Below, piece after piece: positions 1 through 13,375 of a stretch of DNA of 64,000 bases. The translations under genes were made by a program, and so were the position numbers. Under the pieces are notes generated by a model. It did no database searches, was not told the origin of the DNA, and was given only the letters and a program-made list of their open reading frames with translations. Positions within the stretch are counted from its first letter, which is position 1; each line of letters begins with the position of its first letter. This stretch comes from the human T2T-CHM13v2.0 reference genome, Homo sapiens. Where the stretch lies: the NCBI RefSeq assembly GCF_009914755.1, contig NC_060933.1. One strand, written 5' to 3'.

Positions 1-166
1 GATTACAGGTGTGCATCGCCATACCTGGCTAATTTTGTATTTTTTTAGTAGAGACAGGGTTTCACTATGTTCGTCCGGCTGGTCTCGAATTCCTGACCTC
101 AAGTGATCCACCTGCCTCAGCCTCCCAAAATGCTGGGATTACAGGTGCGAGCCACTGTGCCCGGCC
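1..166 (-). mobile_element. AluS element (truncated by window edge)
   Basis: Antisense Alu linker and left arm: ...ttttttagtagagacagggtttcac...ctcaagtgatccacctgcctcagcctcccaaaatgctgggattacagg...cccggcc. Confidence 0.95.
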
Positions 167-235
167 TGCCACACCTCTTATTACACACTTTAAATGGTTT
201 TCTTCTGCCGTCAAAACACTTAAAAAAAAAAAAAA

Positions 236-582
<347 letters not shown>

Positions 583-696
583 TAGCTATAAAAAATATTT
601 GGTTTTCTCAAAAGGCTTTCTTAATGACTATTATTGAAAACAACCCCAAACTCATGTTTACACAGGTTTAAAAAGTGTAATCATGAAAGTTATAAC

Positions 697-750
697 AGTC
701 TTCTAGGGCTGCCATAACAAAGTATCACATACTGGGTGGCTAAGAACAAG
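697..750 (-). mobile_element. MLT1-type (ERVL-MaLR) LTR 3' end fragment
   Basis: agtcttctagggctgccataacaaagtatcacatactgggtggct matches the antisense MLT1 terminus. Confidence 0.7.
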
Positions 751-899
751 ATTGCCTGGGTTTTCAGCTTGCAAATGGCATATCATGGGACTTCTCGGCT
801 TCTATAATCATGACAGCCACTCTCCATAATGAATCTTCTCTTGTATATCTATATCTGTATATTTTATTTTTTTCTGTTTCTCTGAAAAATCCTAATACA
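751..899 (+). mobile_element. MLT2 (ERVL) LTR 3' fragment
   Basis: cagcttgcaaatggcatatcatgggacttctc...tctgtttctctgaaaaatcctaataca matches the MLT2 3' end. Confidence 0.75.
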
Positions 900-2029
900 T
901 CACCTTTGTGTGGTTCTCTCTCTTTGAATCTGGGGTGGACCCGTGATTCTGTTGTAGGCAAATTTGAGCTAGAGAAAAATTTAAAGCTAGATATTATTCA
1001 ATTAGATCAAAACCTTTTGGTCAAGATGTTGGTAGCCAAGGGAAGTCTCTTCTCTTCTCTAGCCAGAATAAGAAGATACTTTTTTTTTATTTTATCCGGT
1101 CAGAAGTTTGTAAAATGACCCACATCTGCTCTTTCAGGAGCCAGAGTTCAACCTCTAAAGCTCTGAGTGATTAAGGAGCTTCATGGAACAATATAACCAA
1201 TTTCTGTTGGTACAGGTACATACTTTACAGGCTGTTTGTGAAAGTGAGACTATGAAGAACATGAATGAAAGTATCATATATTCTAAAGCACCTGTGGATT
1301 AAGTTGGTGAAAGGTGAAATTTCTTTCGATCATGAGTTAATAATATCTTCTGCTTAAAAATTAGAAACTTTACCCGGAGGTTTTTGAATACTTAAAAAGC
1401 ATCCACATACATATGGTCAAAGTGATAAAAGACATGTTTTCTTATCTGAGTGCAATGACATCTTAAAAGGCTTCTTTTGTTATGTTTAAACTTGCATGTC
1501 AAAAACTTATTCTCTGCATACAATTTATTCTCTATTTATTCAATGTTACTGTACAGTGATGTTGATATAGAACGAGACGGCACACTTTTAAGTTCTAAAC
1601 TACAATTGTTGGATAAGAATCTTGACAGTGCCAACTAATCGCTTCTGATTGGTGCCGTGTTGATATTGGCTGATGACATAAAGCCATGTTGCAATATTCT
1701 AATCCATCACCTGGCATAAGAGGCATTTTATCTTGGGCTTCATGGGAAAAGAATCCATTTACATCTGTGTTTCAAAGTGAGATTTCCCAGGAGTGTGACT
1801 GTCTCAACCTGCCACCCATCTCTTTATAAGGAGGGATCACAACAGGCAATCTAAAAATTAAAGAGATGGCAACATGTTTCTGTCGAGGTACTTTTATTCA
1901 GAGCATTTACCCTTGTTATCTTTCAAATCTTTCTTTGGAATTATGTGATCTCCATCATGTGAAAAAATCTAGGCCTAGATAAAGATCCTCATAAAATGGC
2001 CCTCACCAAAATAATAGAGTTTTCCTCCT

Positions 2030-2218
2030 AAATAGTAATTTGTTTCTTGGTGGAAATGGGAGCAATCAGACATCATGGAGTAGACATAAATCATCTCCCC
2101 TGTGCCCTATCAGAGCTCCTGACTCACAGAATCCAATCCATGAACATAATAAAATGGTGGTGGTTTCATGCCACTAAGTATGGGGAGGTTTGTTATGCAG
2201 CAAGTGAGAACTAGAACA
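2030..2218 (+). mobile_element. old MLT1 (H/I/J-like) LTR 3' part
   Basis: ctcctgactcacagaatcc...ataataaaatggtggtggtttcatgccactaagt...tttgttatgcagcaa...ctagaaca. Confidence 0.7.
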
Positions 2219-2262
2219 GATATTATTATTGGTACCTGGACAATCTTGAATGAGGTATTTAA

Positions 2263-2658
<396 letters not shown>

Positions 2659-2841
2659 TAAATGAGGTTAATGACAGTAATATTGATCATCTGTTGACTG
2701 CCTATTACTTAAGTATATATACTCACACACACCACACACACACATACATGGACATACCCATACACTTATATATTATACATATACATGTGTGTGTAACATA
2801 CTTAGATATATGTTATATATACATACACATAAATGTATGTA

Positions 2842-3460
2842 TGATTAATTGTTATTATTCACAGTAGTTATGTTCTATAAAGTTGCTAGGAACACTGAAT
2901 TAGCAAATATTGAAGCATTGCTCATAGGGAAAATACCAGGGTTAAGCTCCTGTGTGTCTCTGGTCACAATATTTTCATCAGCCAATCAATGCATAGCCTT
3001 ATTTTGTGTATTTCTGTTTGAAGACACCTTATTTAATATATATTATTTATTCATTAACATTGAACTCACAGTCAACAGCGCCATAACTTATATTTTCTCT
3101 GGAAGGCACATCACAGACTTCTTGCACTTGGGAATACTAGGCAGAGCGTTAGCACAATGCTTAGGGACATTTGAAATAGCAAAACCACCAACAAAAGCTG
3201 CAAAAAATGAGGAAAGCATGGTGCTAACTATCCCATGAAAAGGACACTTGTTTTTAATATGAGAGCTGAAATAAGAAGCCAGTGGGTGGCTTTGTTTAAC
3301 CTGAGCTAGGGATGTGTGCTTTGGGTGATTCACATTTTTACCACTTTGACATGCCCATGAATGGCTATGGATGTGCCAAAGTATTGATTTCAAGGTTATG
3401 AAAAAATATAAGTGAGCAAGTGAGATTGCAAATATGGAATCTGCCAGGGGGTATTGACTG
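2842..3460 (+). mobile_element. MER82 (TcMar-Tigger) DNA transposon
   Basis: ttattcacagtagttatgttctataaagttgc...aacactgaattagcaaata...gcaaatatggaatc...ttgactg; preceded by TA/CA low-complexity sequence at 2715-2841. Confidence 0.85.
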
Positions 3461-4417
3461 TGCTTATACAATCTCATTTGGTTCTTATAATAGCTCTGTT
3501 ATGTGAGATTAGATGCCTGTGTTCTTGACCATTCCATTATGCCATCCTACTATTGCCTTTTAATGTTTTGAATATTAAATAAGATAATGTGGGTAATAGA
3601 ATACTATTTGAAAATCCCATTTTCTCTGTTGCACAGCTTTGGGTGTGAGTTCCATCTATTCTGCCAGAGGTATCTATTTGCTTCAGAGAGGACTAAGAAG
3701 TTACAGCAGGGTTGCTATGACAAAGAGGGGGCCAGTAATCATAGCCAGCCCTTTATAGTGCATGCTAGTGGCTAGATCCTGGTCTCTGTTCTTTGTACAT
3801 GTTGATTCAATCCTCAGCAGAGCCCCACAAGGTCCTACCTTGTAGTTATACCATAAGCCCAGGCAGTCTGGCCATGGAATCGGCTGTTTACCCTTACTCA
3901 TTAGGGAACCCTTCAGCAGTCAGCTTTTGACACACAAAGTAAGATTTTATGTCCAGAGCAAAACAATGTCCTTAAATAGGCATTGTTAGAGAAGGAATTT
4001 CTCAGTTTCCTTGTTCACATATCAAGATCTAAGTTTGGAGACTGGAGATTTCCTTTGTATGACTGCCCCTTCCCCCTTAAGGCTTAGCATCTCCATGAAG
4101 AAATAGGAGGCATGTAGTGGGAGTCCAGTCAGATTGGAAGAAATAAAAAGCTTGTCCTTTTCTCCATGGTGGCCCGTGGGAACGAGAAGGGAGACAGAAG
4201 GAGGTGAAAGCAGAAAAGTATTTGGTGACTTGGATTATGGAGCTACACTAACTCACCTGTTGCCAATCAAGGTCAAAATCCTGAAGAAGGGAAATATTAG
4301 ATACACAGAGAGGAAAGTGGAAGGCAGATGTTTTGCAGGAAACAGACTTGAAGGATGCCCTGTGTATCAGAGAAATTTGTCACTGTGATGACATTAGGCA
4401 GAGGAAGACCTGAGTTG

Positions 4418-4532
4418 GGGTTGCTGCATACAGCTATGCAGGTTGTGCACTGCACAACTCCAAAGGTCACCACTCACATAGACATTGCTGGGAGTGCTCT
4501 GTCCCCTTGAGTTGTGCTTTGTGGTGGCCTTG
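4418..4532 (+). mobile_element. MER91-type (hAT-Tip100) MITE
   Basis: ctgcatacagctatgcaggttgtgcactgcacaactcca...cacatagac...gagttgtgc. Confidence 0.7.
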
Positions 4533-5059
4533 GCTTGAGTTGGCTTTCTGGAGTCTGTTTTGGCTCCTATGTTGTATGGGAGTGTCCAGAAAGTCCCCCG
4601 TGCTTTTGAAGGTACATGAGTGGCGTGGTGCTGATATGCCTAGCAGTCAGCACTATCAGAAAAGATATCCCACAATTGGCGAAGCCAAAATGAAGGGCTA
4701 TGGGACAGCTCCTGGAACCAGAAATCAAATGGGAGTTGTATGAAGACCTCGGATGGATGTGCTGTGCTAGGGATGCTGAAAGAGGGCCAATTCAGCCAAA
4801 AGGACTTGCCAGGCCTGATGGAGCTGAGAGAGGGGATCACAAGCTCTTTGGCCACAGACTTCATCAGCAGATGCCTACAGGCTAAGCAGTGACCAAGTCA
4901 ATCCAGGACCTTTTTGTTGCAAAGGCTAGAAAGTACTAAAACCTGATTACCTATGATGGTTTGGGGATATAAAAATGAATATCTTATACACTTATGGGAA
5001 AGACGGACTGAAATAAATAAATGCAAATAAAGTTTGATAATAAGATATTTAGAAGTTTT

Positions 5060-5250
5060 CCAAGATAATGCATGGGATACAAGGGAGAATGCAATCAGAG
5101 CCCAGGGAAGAGCAGGCAGGAAAGACTTCACAGGAGAGGTAATGCCCTAATGGGTTTTGAAGGATAATTAGGAGTTTGTCAGTCTGATGAGGTGGGAAGG
5201 GATATTATGGAAGGCAGAGGGACCATGTGCATGGGCATGTGAGAGAATCT
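5060..5250 (-). mobile_element. L2 fragment
   Basis: ggaaagacttcacaggagaggtaatgccc...ttttgaaggataattaggagttt...ggcagagggaccatgtgc. Confidence 0.65.
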
Positions 5251-5304
5251 GGGCTTCAGGCTCTACATACAGCAGCAGGATCAGCCTCTGGAGCTTATAG
5301 CAAA

Positions 5305-6138
5305 GGAAGGACCCTGTGCTTGGGGTTTGATGCTCTGTTGTCATAGTCTGGAAATTCTTAATTTTACCTTTGAATATATGTTCAGATGAATATATATTCA
5401 TTTGAATATATGTTTGTAAGTGCAGTTGATGGGACAATGGAGCCTGTGCTAAGGTGTTGAATCCTTGGCTCACCTGTGGTCCTGCCTCCCCCAAATGAAT
5501 CTTGGCTGCCTGCTCCCTGCCTCTTGGAGGCCTAGGCAGTACCCAGTCTCCCCGTGTCTTTCCCTCTTCCTTCCTCTAGCTGGTAACTGCTGCTGCCCTC
5601 TGCCCCAGTGGGAGCCTGGGTATGAGTGAGTGCCAGGGAGGTTGGGGTAAGCTACATGGGGTATATGGCATCTTGGGGCCAGGCATAGCATTGGCCATTC
5701 CTGCCTGGGGCTGGCAGCACCACAGTGCATTCCACAGGTGACTTGGTGGGGCCTAGCCTCTTGCATCCTGGTGCAGAGGTTGCAATATCCTTGGAAGTTG
5801 CTCATGTATCATGTATTGGGGTAGCAGTTCCTTGCTTGATTTTCCTGACTTGGGCTGGAGTAAGAAGGAACTGGCAGCCAGGGGGCCATACATGTGCCAA
5901 GTCACCCTCGAACCTGTGAGGGTTTGAACTCTCCCTGCAAGTATCCCAGTGCCTGAAGGAGCATGACTTTAAATAGTACATAAAGAAACACTGTGACAGG
6001 TCAAGAGAAAGACTGTGTAAAACAGGAAAATGTTTTCTTTCAGAAATTTTAATAGCCCTTTCTCTCTTTTCTTTTTTGAATAAGGAATCTGGCATTTTCA
6101 TTTTGCACTGGGTTCCAAAAATTATGTAGCCGGTCCCG
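5305..6138 (-). mobile_element. MER45B/C (hAT-Tip100) DNA transposon
   Basis: Terminus cattttcattttgcactgggttccaaaaattatgtagccggtccc; internal tgctctgttgtcatagtctggaaattcttaat. Confidence 0.8.
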
Positions 6139-6627
6139 AGCATGGGGGAAAGAATGAATAAATGAATGAATGAATGGGATGGGATAGCTCTGAGTACAGA
6201 TCCAAGTCACCACATATTCCTGTTCCTGTTTGGGTGTTAAGTAGTTTTTCATTACTTCACAGGGGTTCCTAGTCAGTTCTTGCTTTACAAATGAATAAGA
6301 CTCAGAATTAGGATTCCAGTTCACCTGGAACTGGTGAGCCGTCCCAGCTCTAGGTTTTGCCCTGCTGTTAACCCTCGAGGCACCTGTTCTTTTGTAATCC
6401 TCCATGGCCAGAGTGATGTAAAAAACGCAAGGCTCATGCAAAGGGAAAGGAGGACTGCTGATTTATTGCATCAGGAATGTGTTAAATTGTGCTCCAGCGG
6501 CCTAAGAGAGCTAATGCATCTTCCAAAGCAGGTAATTTACTGGCCAGAGAGAAAAGAATATGGGACCTTAAGACAACAGGGCAGGGGAGGGAGAGGGTGT
6601 CCTTAATGATTGTGTAGCCCAGTTGTT

Positions 6628-6745
6628 AACTGAGGCTCAGGAGGTGAAGTGACTCACCCAAAGTCACGCAGCTACTTGCTTTCAGAGCTGGGCTTGACCC
6701 AGCTCTCTGACCTCAAGGCTAATGCTTGTCTAGCTCTCCTGCCTC
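6628..6745 (-). mobile_element. MIR
   Basis: aactgaggctcaggaggtgaagtgactcacccaaagtcacgcagcta core. Confidence 0.8.
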
Positions 6746-6914
6746 TGAGTCCGATAACTAAGAAGAGTGACCATAAATCCTGTGGCAAAGAATTCACTTG
6801 ACATTTGCATAGCACTTTGTATGTGTAACATCACAGTGATGTTTGATGCTTTTTTCTCCTTTTGACAAGAAATGTCAATGGCCTAATATTGAAGACAAGC
6901 AATGGAAAAGGATT

Positions 6915-7252
6915 TATGTATGTATGTATGTATGTATGTATGTATGTATGTATATATATATATGTGTGTATTTTTAGAGATAGGGTCTCTCTGTTGCCTA
7001 GGTTGGAGTACAGTGGTGCAACCTAGATCACTGTAACCTTAAACTCTTGGGCTCAAGCAATATCCTGGCTCAGCCTCTGAAGTAGCTAGAACTATGGGCA
7101 TCTGGACCATGACTGGCTAATTTTTAAATTTTTTGAAGAGACAGAGCCTTGTTATGTTCTGCTGGCTGGTCTCGAACTCCCAGCCTCAGCAATTCTTTAG
7201 CCTTGGCCTCCCAAAGTGCTGTGGTTATAGGTGTGAGTCACCGTGGCAGGTC
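6915..7252 (-). mobile_element. AluJ with (TATG)n/(TA)n tail microsatellite
   Basis: Antisense dimer; tail decayed to (TATG)~9(TA)n at 6915-6963. Confidence 0.9.
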
Positions 7253-7254
7253 AA

Positions 7255-7836
7255 ATTTTGTATTTAATCGATGCCTAATAATTACACATATTTGTGAAGG
7301 TACAGTGTGATGTTTTGGTCCATGGATACATTGCATGATGTGGCCAAATCAGGGCATTTAGCACATTCATCACCTCATACATTTATCATTTCTTTGTAGT
7401 GGGAACATTCAAAATTCTCTCTTCTAGCTAATTTAAAATACACAATATAATATTGTTAATTAAAGTCACTGTACTGTGTAGGAGAACGCCAGACTTATTC
7501 CTCCTACCTAACTATAATTTTGTACCCATTGACCAATCTGTTCCCATACCCTCCTGCTCCTAGCCTCTGGTCACCACCATTCTGCTCTCTACTTCTGTGA
7601 GATCAACTTTTTTTGATTCCACCTGTGAGTGAGGTCATGCAGTGTTTGTCTTTCTGTGCCTGGCATTTCACTTAACATAATGTACTTCAGGTTCACCCAC
7701 GTTGCTGCAAATGACAGGATTTCATTCTTTTCTGTGGCTGAGTAGTACTCCATCATGTGTAAGTACCACGTTTTCTTTATCCATTCATCCATTGAGAGAC
7801 ACTTACGTTGATTCCATACCTTGGCTATTGTGAATA
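7255..7836 (-). mobile_element. L1MA 3' end (L1MA6-8-like)
   Basis: L1MA 3'UTR motifs (catcacctcatacatttatcatttc, aaattctctcttctagcta) and ORF2 C-terminus (ORF 7589..7792 MDEWIKKTWY...ILSFAATWVNL). Confidence 0.85.
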
Positions 7837-8584
7837 GGCCAGCCTCCTCATTTTGAGGTGTGACTGTCTCACTCTTGCAGAGTCAGCAGTACATTGACAC
7901 AATGAGCTTTGTTGTTTGGTTGCTTGAAGTTGAATGCAAAGGACTTGCTGGTATGGGCAATGTGAGAGCTGACAAAATCACATGACTTCCTGGAATAATA
8001 ATGCAAAGAAGAAAATGTTCTGGCAAAGGATCCCCTTCCAAAATGGTATATTTATTATAACCCAGGGTAGTTTTGCTTGATGCTTAGGAACAGTGTTTCT
8101 CCCGATTAGGTCAAAGTGAGTCTTTGAAACTGTGGGAACAGCCTCAGAAATCCAACTAAAAGAAGTAGATGGGATGTGGGAGCTCAGCACACTTGGCTAG
8201 GTGCAGAAATGAGAAGTAGAGTGGGTTTTTTTCCAAAAGAGTAATCTCCTTACAAAACTCTGTCAGTTAATAAGCCCCTAGTTACTTCTGTGATCCTGCA
8301 TGGAAGTAAAGATACTTGGTTAGTCTTAAGAATATTCTTCCACTGTTGCATTCACTTCTGGGATGAGACTTGGAAGGAATTATGTGTCATCCCCTGAGTG
8401 CCCAAGCTTGGAGCATCAGAGTTGGCTAGTTTCATTCTCAGCCCTACTCCACACTCCCCTTATCCCTCCCCATCATCTGGTGCCTTGTGCTGATTGTATG
8501 TACTGCACCCTAAGTAGAATCTTAGAATGTTCTATCTCAGAGGAGACTTTGGCTCCTGTTGATCAAGCTCTGCATTGTTATACC

Positions 8585-8690
8585 ATGGGAAAACTGGGAA
8601 TCAGAGAAGATTAGTCACTTATTTTAGGCACCCAGTTTGTTAGCGGCAGATCTGGGAATAGAACCCATGTTTCTTTCCACTATGCCATGC
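8585..8690 (-). mobile_element. MIR fragment
   Basis: gggaaaactgggaatcagagaagattagtcactt...ggcagatctgggaatagaaccca. Confidence 0.65.
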
Positions 8691-10017
8691 TACCTGGAAA
8701 CATGCCTGTAACATAAATTATAAAAATGTCAGGAGAAACCCTTGAAATAGTAAACTGAGCTTTCAGGAATAGGATTTCAAATAATGTCTTTTGAAAGCTG
8801 TTTCCAATCATTTCACATGAACTCTGGTACCTGATACAATACTCTTTGGATCCATGTCATGATTGCTGTGGATGTGAAATGGACAGGTGGTTTGGCTTGT
8901 CAAGTTTTCAGTTAACAGGAAGAAGAAATATCTTCTCAAGTATAGGGCCTTATCTTATTCATTGGTAACATCCCAGTGCTTAATATAGTGCCCTGCATAA
9001 AGTAGCCACTCAGAGGTTTCATGGATTTCTGAGTTATGTCAGCAGAAACTCTTGCTGGTGCCCTCCAAAGGGGTTCCAAATTATTTTATCCATCATATTT
9101 TCACTTTACTTGTCGATCAGAGGACATCAGAATAAACGGAACATCAGAGAAAAGATAGCGTTGCTGCTTTTTGATCTAAGGAAGCATCTTACTCTTCACT
9201 CATCTAACTCTTTTGAGCTTGAGTTTGCTCATTTGTAAAACAAGGAAGTCAAACCAGATCACTGTTTCCTTTATGTGCTAATATTACGTGATCCCCCCCT
9301 AAAAAGAGTGGAGTTTTCAACAATAAAAATTTCGATTGAGACATTGTGTGTTTGAGTTTGGCTTGCTCTATAGACATAATATATGGAAAGATGGTTTTAT
9401 AGTTCTGGAAATCAGATGAATATGGTTTAAATGACTCTAATGGAATATGGGCTGATATTTCCTCTTGGCCGATTAGACAACAGTTTCCACAACCACCATA
9501 AAAAATCAAAAGTTTTATTAGTGGTTTATAGAGAAAAAAACAAAACAAAAAAAACCCCTAACCCCTAATGAAATTAAAATGAAATTTATATATGTTATTT
9601 GCTTAGTTTGAAAGGCATGTTGCATATATTTATTTGGAGACTCCACAACTTATTCCTCTCTCTGTCATAAACCACCATACTGTGACAACAAGACAGCATA
9701 TTCTTATTTTGTTAAAGCTGAAGTTACCGTAACTCACATTCAAGTTTGGCTCAGGGATTGGGCTCTGGCTCCAGGAACTGATTTATAACTTTAGGTGAAA
9801 CCATAAAACCACATGGACTGTTGTCTGAGAATAAGTATGACCAATTGCACCTGTATTCCTCAAAGCAAAGGCTACTAAAATCTCAACTCAGCATACTTTT
9901 ACTCTCAATAGTATTGAAAAGATATTAATCATACACTGCTCCATAGAAATAATTTACTTAAGGGGAATTGACATACTTTTATATATTTCTGCAAAGTTCA
10001 AGCAATAGGGGGGTTTG

Positions 10018-10420
10018 GAATCAGAAACTCTTGAGAGTGAAAGGAGACCATCTAATTCAACCTCCTTATTTTATAGATAAGAACACTGAGACACAGGAGG
10101 GTAAGGGACTTGCTTATGGGCACACAGCTAGTTCAAAACATTCAGGCATAAAAACTTATGTCTCCTTATTTCCCAGTCCACTACTCTTTTCTGTACTTCC
10201 CTGAAATCCCTAGTGTAACTATTACTTAAATGCTAAGTTTTGCCTATCATTCATTGTTTTCTGTGTAATGAGCATTTTACATGCTTCAAGTCATTTAATC
10301 CTCAAAATAACTCATTTTACCATTAAGGAATCTAAACTTAGAGCAATTCCTAACATATTAGGGTCACATATCTACTAAGAGGTGGGGCCAGGCCAGAAAT
10401 AAAGGCAAGTTAACTTGGAT
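10018..10420 (-). mobile_element. two MIR/MIR3 fragments
   Basis: ccatctaattcaacctccttattttatagataagaacactgagacacaggag; tcatttaatcctcaaaataac. Confidence 0.6.
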
Positions 10421-10429
10421 CCCAATGTA

Positions 10430-10578
10430 AGGTATATGGGGGCACTCAGTTAAATTTGAATTTCAGATGAGGAACATATAATTTTTTTTTACAGTACAAG
10501 TATGTGTCACATTTGGCATGGGGCAATTCAAATTTAAGGGAGCATCCTGTATTTTTATTTGCTGAAGATGGCAACTTC
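10430..10578. mobile_element. MER53 (hAT) palindromic MITE, internally deleted
   Basis: cactcagttaaatttgaatttcagat...attcaaatttaagggagcatcctgtatttttatttgct...ggcaac. Confidence 0.8.
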
Positions 10579-10633
10579 AGCCCAAGCTATCCCAGGGTTG
10601 TCTATCCTATGGTGTCTCATCTCTTTGGCTTTA

Positions 10634-10941
<308 letters not shown>

Positions 10942-11011
10942 GTATGCTAGGATTACTTTTCCTGCTGACATTTCTCTGACCCCATCACATCTTGAAATTA
11001 AAAGCATCCTT

Positions 11012-11148
11012 GAATGAGAATTTACTTAATGGGTATAATGCACGTTATTTGGGTGATGGTTACACTAAAAACTAGACTCCACCACTACACGATATATCTA
11101 TGTAACAACTGCATTTGTACCCTTGGAATTTTTACAAAAAAGAAAAAG
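11012..11148 (+). mobile_element. Extremely 5'-truncated L1 (L1PB/L1MA1-2-like 3' end)
   Basis: ttacttaatgggtataatgcacgttatttgggtgatggttacactaaaa...A-tail; perfect 12-bp TSD aaaagcatcctt at 11000-11011 and 11149-11160. Confidence 0.85.
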
Positions 11149-11739
11149 AAAAGCATCCTTTATTACTAGTTTACATTTTGATTTCTTACAGTTCAAATTT
11201 GATCTAAGTCTACTGGGAGCTTGGTGCTGAGAAGAGATCTGATTGGGAGTGTAAAATGGGGTAGAATGTTTCTGGGTATAGGATTTCACAGGTGCTAGTC
11301 ACAGTACTGAAGACAACTGTGCAAGCAGTGTTGTAATTGCGTGGTTTCTTTCCTTGGATATGATTTCTGTTGATATAAGTTTTCCACTGGCTTTACCATT
11401 TCCCATTTTCCCCTAGATAACACTAATGGTAAACGAGGCCCATGAATTATGTTATTCAGTGTTACTGGAGGACATGGAGCTTGGAGAATCACTATAGCTT
11501 AGGCAAGCTAATTGAAGACTCTGCTCCTTTATCATGTCCTGAGGAGTGTGTTTTCCTAAGCAGGGGGAGAAGAATTTTCTCCAGGTTTCCTTTCTTTTCA
11601 AGTTCACCCTGCACTGACATCTGCAATGAGTCAGAAGCCAGTGCAAACATATCCCAGGAATGTAAGGAGGTTTCACTATTAGAAAACCTCTTGATGTAAT
11701 TCACTGTGTTTTCTCCCATGAGATCATCCCACTGGACAT

Positions 11740-13375
11740 AAAATGAGCGTTTGATAAAATCCAACTCCCATTCCCATTAAAACAAACACTCAGTAATCTA
11801 AGAGTAGAAGACAGGTTTCTTAACTTGGAAAAAAGACTATATAAGAAACCTATAATTGGTTATACACTTAATAATGAAATATTAGAAGCATTCCTATTAA
11901 AGTTCAGAATGAGGCAAGGATTCAACATTTTTCTAACCAATGCAATGAATGGAAAAATAAAGTAATAAGAAAGAGAGAAAACTATAATTAGGTATATATG
12001 AGCTAATTGTGTAGCAAAAAGCCCCAGACTATCAATTGAAAATTATTAGGATTAATAGAGGGAATTCAGGAAGGTGTCCAGATATGAGAATAATACTTAT
12101 AAACTGATGATACTCTTATATTTTAACAGTAATTAAATGAGCAGAGAAAAACCCACTCAAAACAGCAAAAACATCCTCAAAAATATCTAAAAATAATATT
12201 AAAATATAACTGGAGAGGGAATATATATAAGGCTTATATGAAGAAAATGATACAACTTTCTATAAGGATAAAAATTCAGACACAAATAAAAGAAGAGACA
12301 TGTATTTTTAGATGAGAACACCACATAGATATTTATTCTGCACAAAGTAAGCTTTAAAATCTCAACAAAAATCTCCAGAGGGTTCTTTATGTGATACAAT
12401 GAACTGACATAATAACTCTTACAAACCAACAACTCAGGAGAGACATAAATTAGAAGCAGCAATCGGGTGTCTATCAAATGTCTATCAGATGTTGACAGTT
12501 TGGGGGAAATAGGAATCTCATATATAGTTTATAGAATTGTAAACTGGTACATATCCTTTTTGGAGTTCAACTAGACCAGGCCTATTAAGATTTAAAATCC
12601 ATTTAACGAACTTATCCTACAGAACAACTCATACACTGACACCCACATATGTGGACAAAAATAAATATAGAAAACTATGCATTTTAAATGGCTTGCAGAA
12701 GTCTATTTGTATGAGTAAAATATGAGAAACAGCCAAAATGGTTAAACTGTAGTACATACGTCCTTTGGATTACAATGTAGAGATGAAAAGAACATGGTTC
12801 TGTATGTATTAAAGCAGAAAAATCTGTAAGACGTATTATTAAATGTAAAAGGCAAGTTCCAGTATAGTCCAATTTATGTTGAAAATGCCTAGGAATACGC
12901 AAAAAGGACTGAAGGATACACCTCAAACTATTAACAATAGTTACTTCCGAGGGGCATGGGAAAGATGGTTGAAGGAAAATATTTTCTTTTTATTTCATAT
13001 ACTTCTTCATTAGAAATTTTCATGAGTGTTCATATATGTTTTATCTTTTGTTTTAGTTCTTCAAAACAATATTTTACAAGGGTTTTAAAAAGGAAGTCTA
13101 GGCGGTCTAAAGTCTGAATTAGTGAGTAGTTGATGTGGGAGAGGAAAAAGAATGATACAGATGTGAGTATAATAGCATTGAAAAATGTGCAATAACTGTA
13201 CAGTGTATGAAAATGTAATATACACACAAGTAAATGTGTAGAAAAAATTTGGAGGGATACGTTCTAACTGTGAATAGTGATTATTCTTAGAGTGTAGGAA
13301 CTGACGGTGATGGGTCCTGGGTTTTCTTCTTATATAATTCTATACAGTTTGAATTTTTTGTCATAAAAATATTAA
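11740..13375 (+). mobile_element. old L1ME fragments (ORF2 and 3' end)
   Basis: A-rich decayed ORF2 motifs (aatgaaatattagaagcattcctattaaag, aggaatctcatatatag, gtaaactggtaca) and 3'UTR-like blocks. Confidence 0.7.

Noticed and set aside
9550-9570. aacccctaacccctaa telomere-like motif
   Set aside because: Only two imperfect units next to an A-run; insufficient for an interstitial telomeric sequence.
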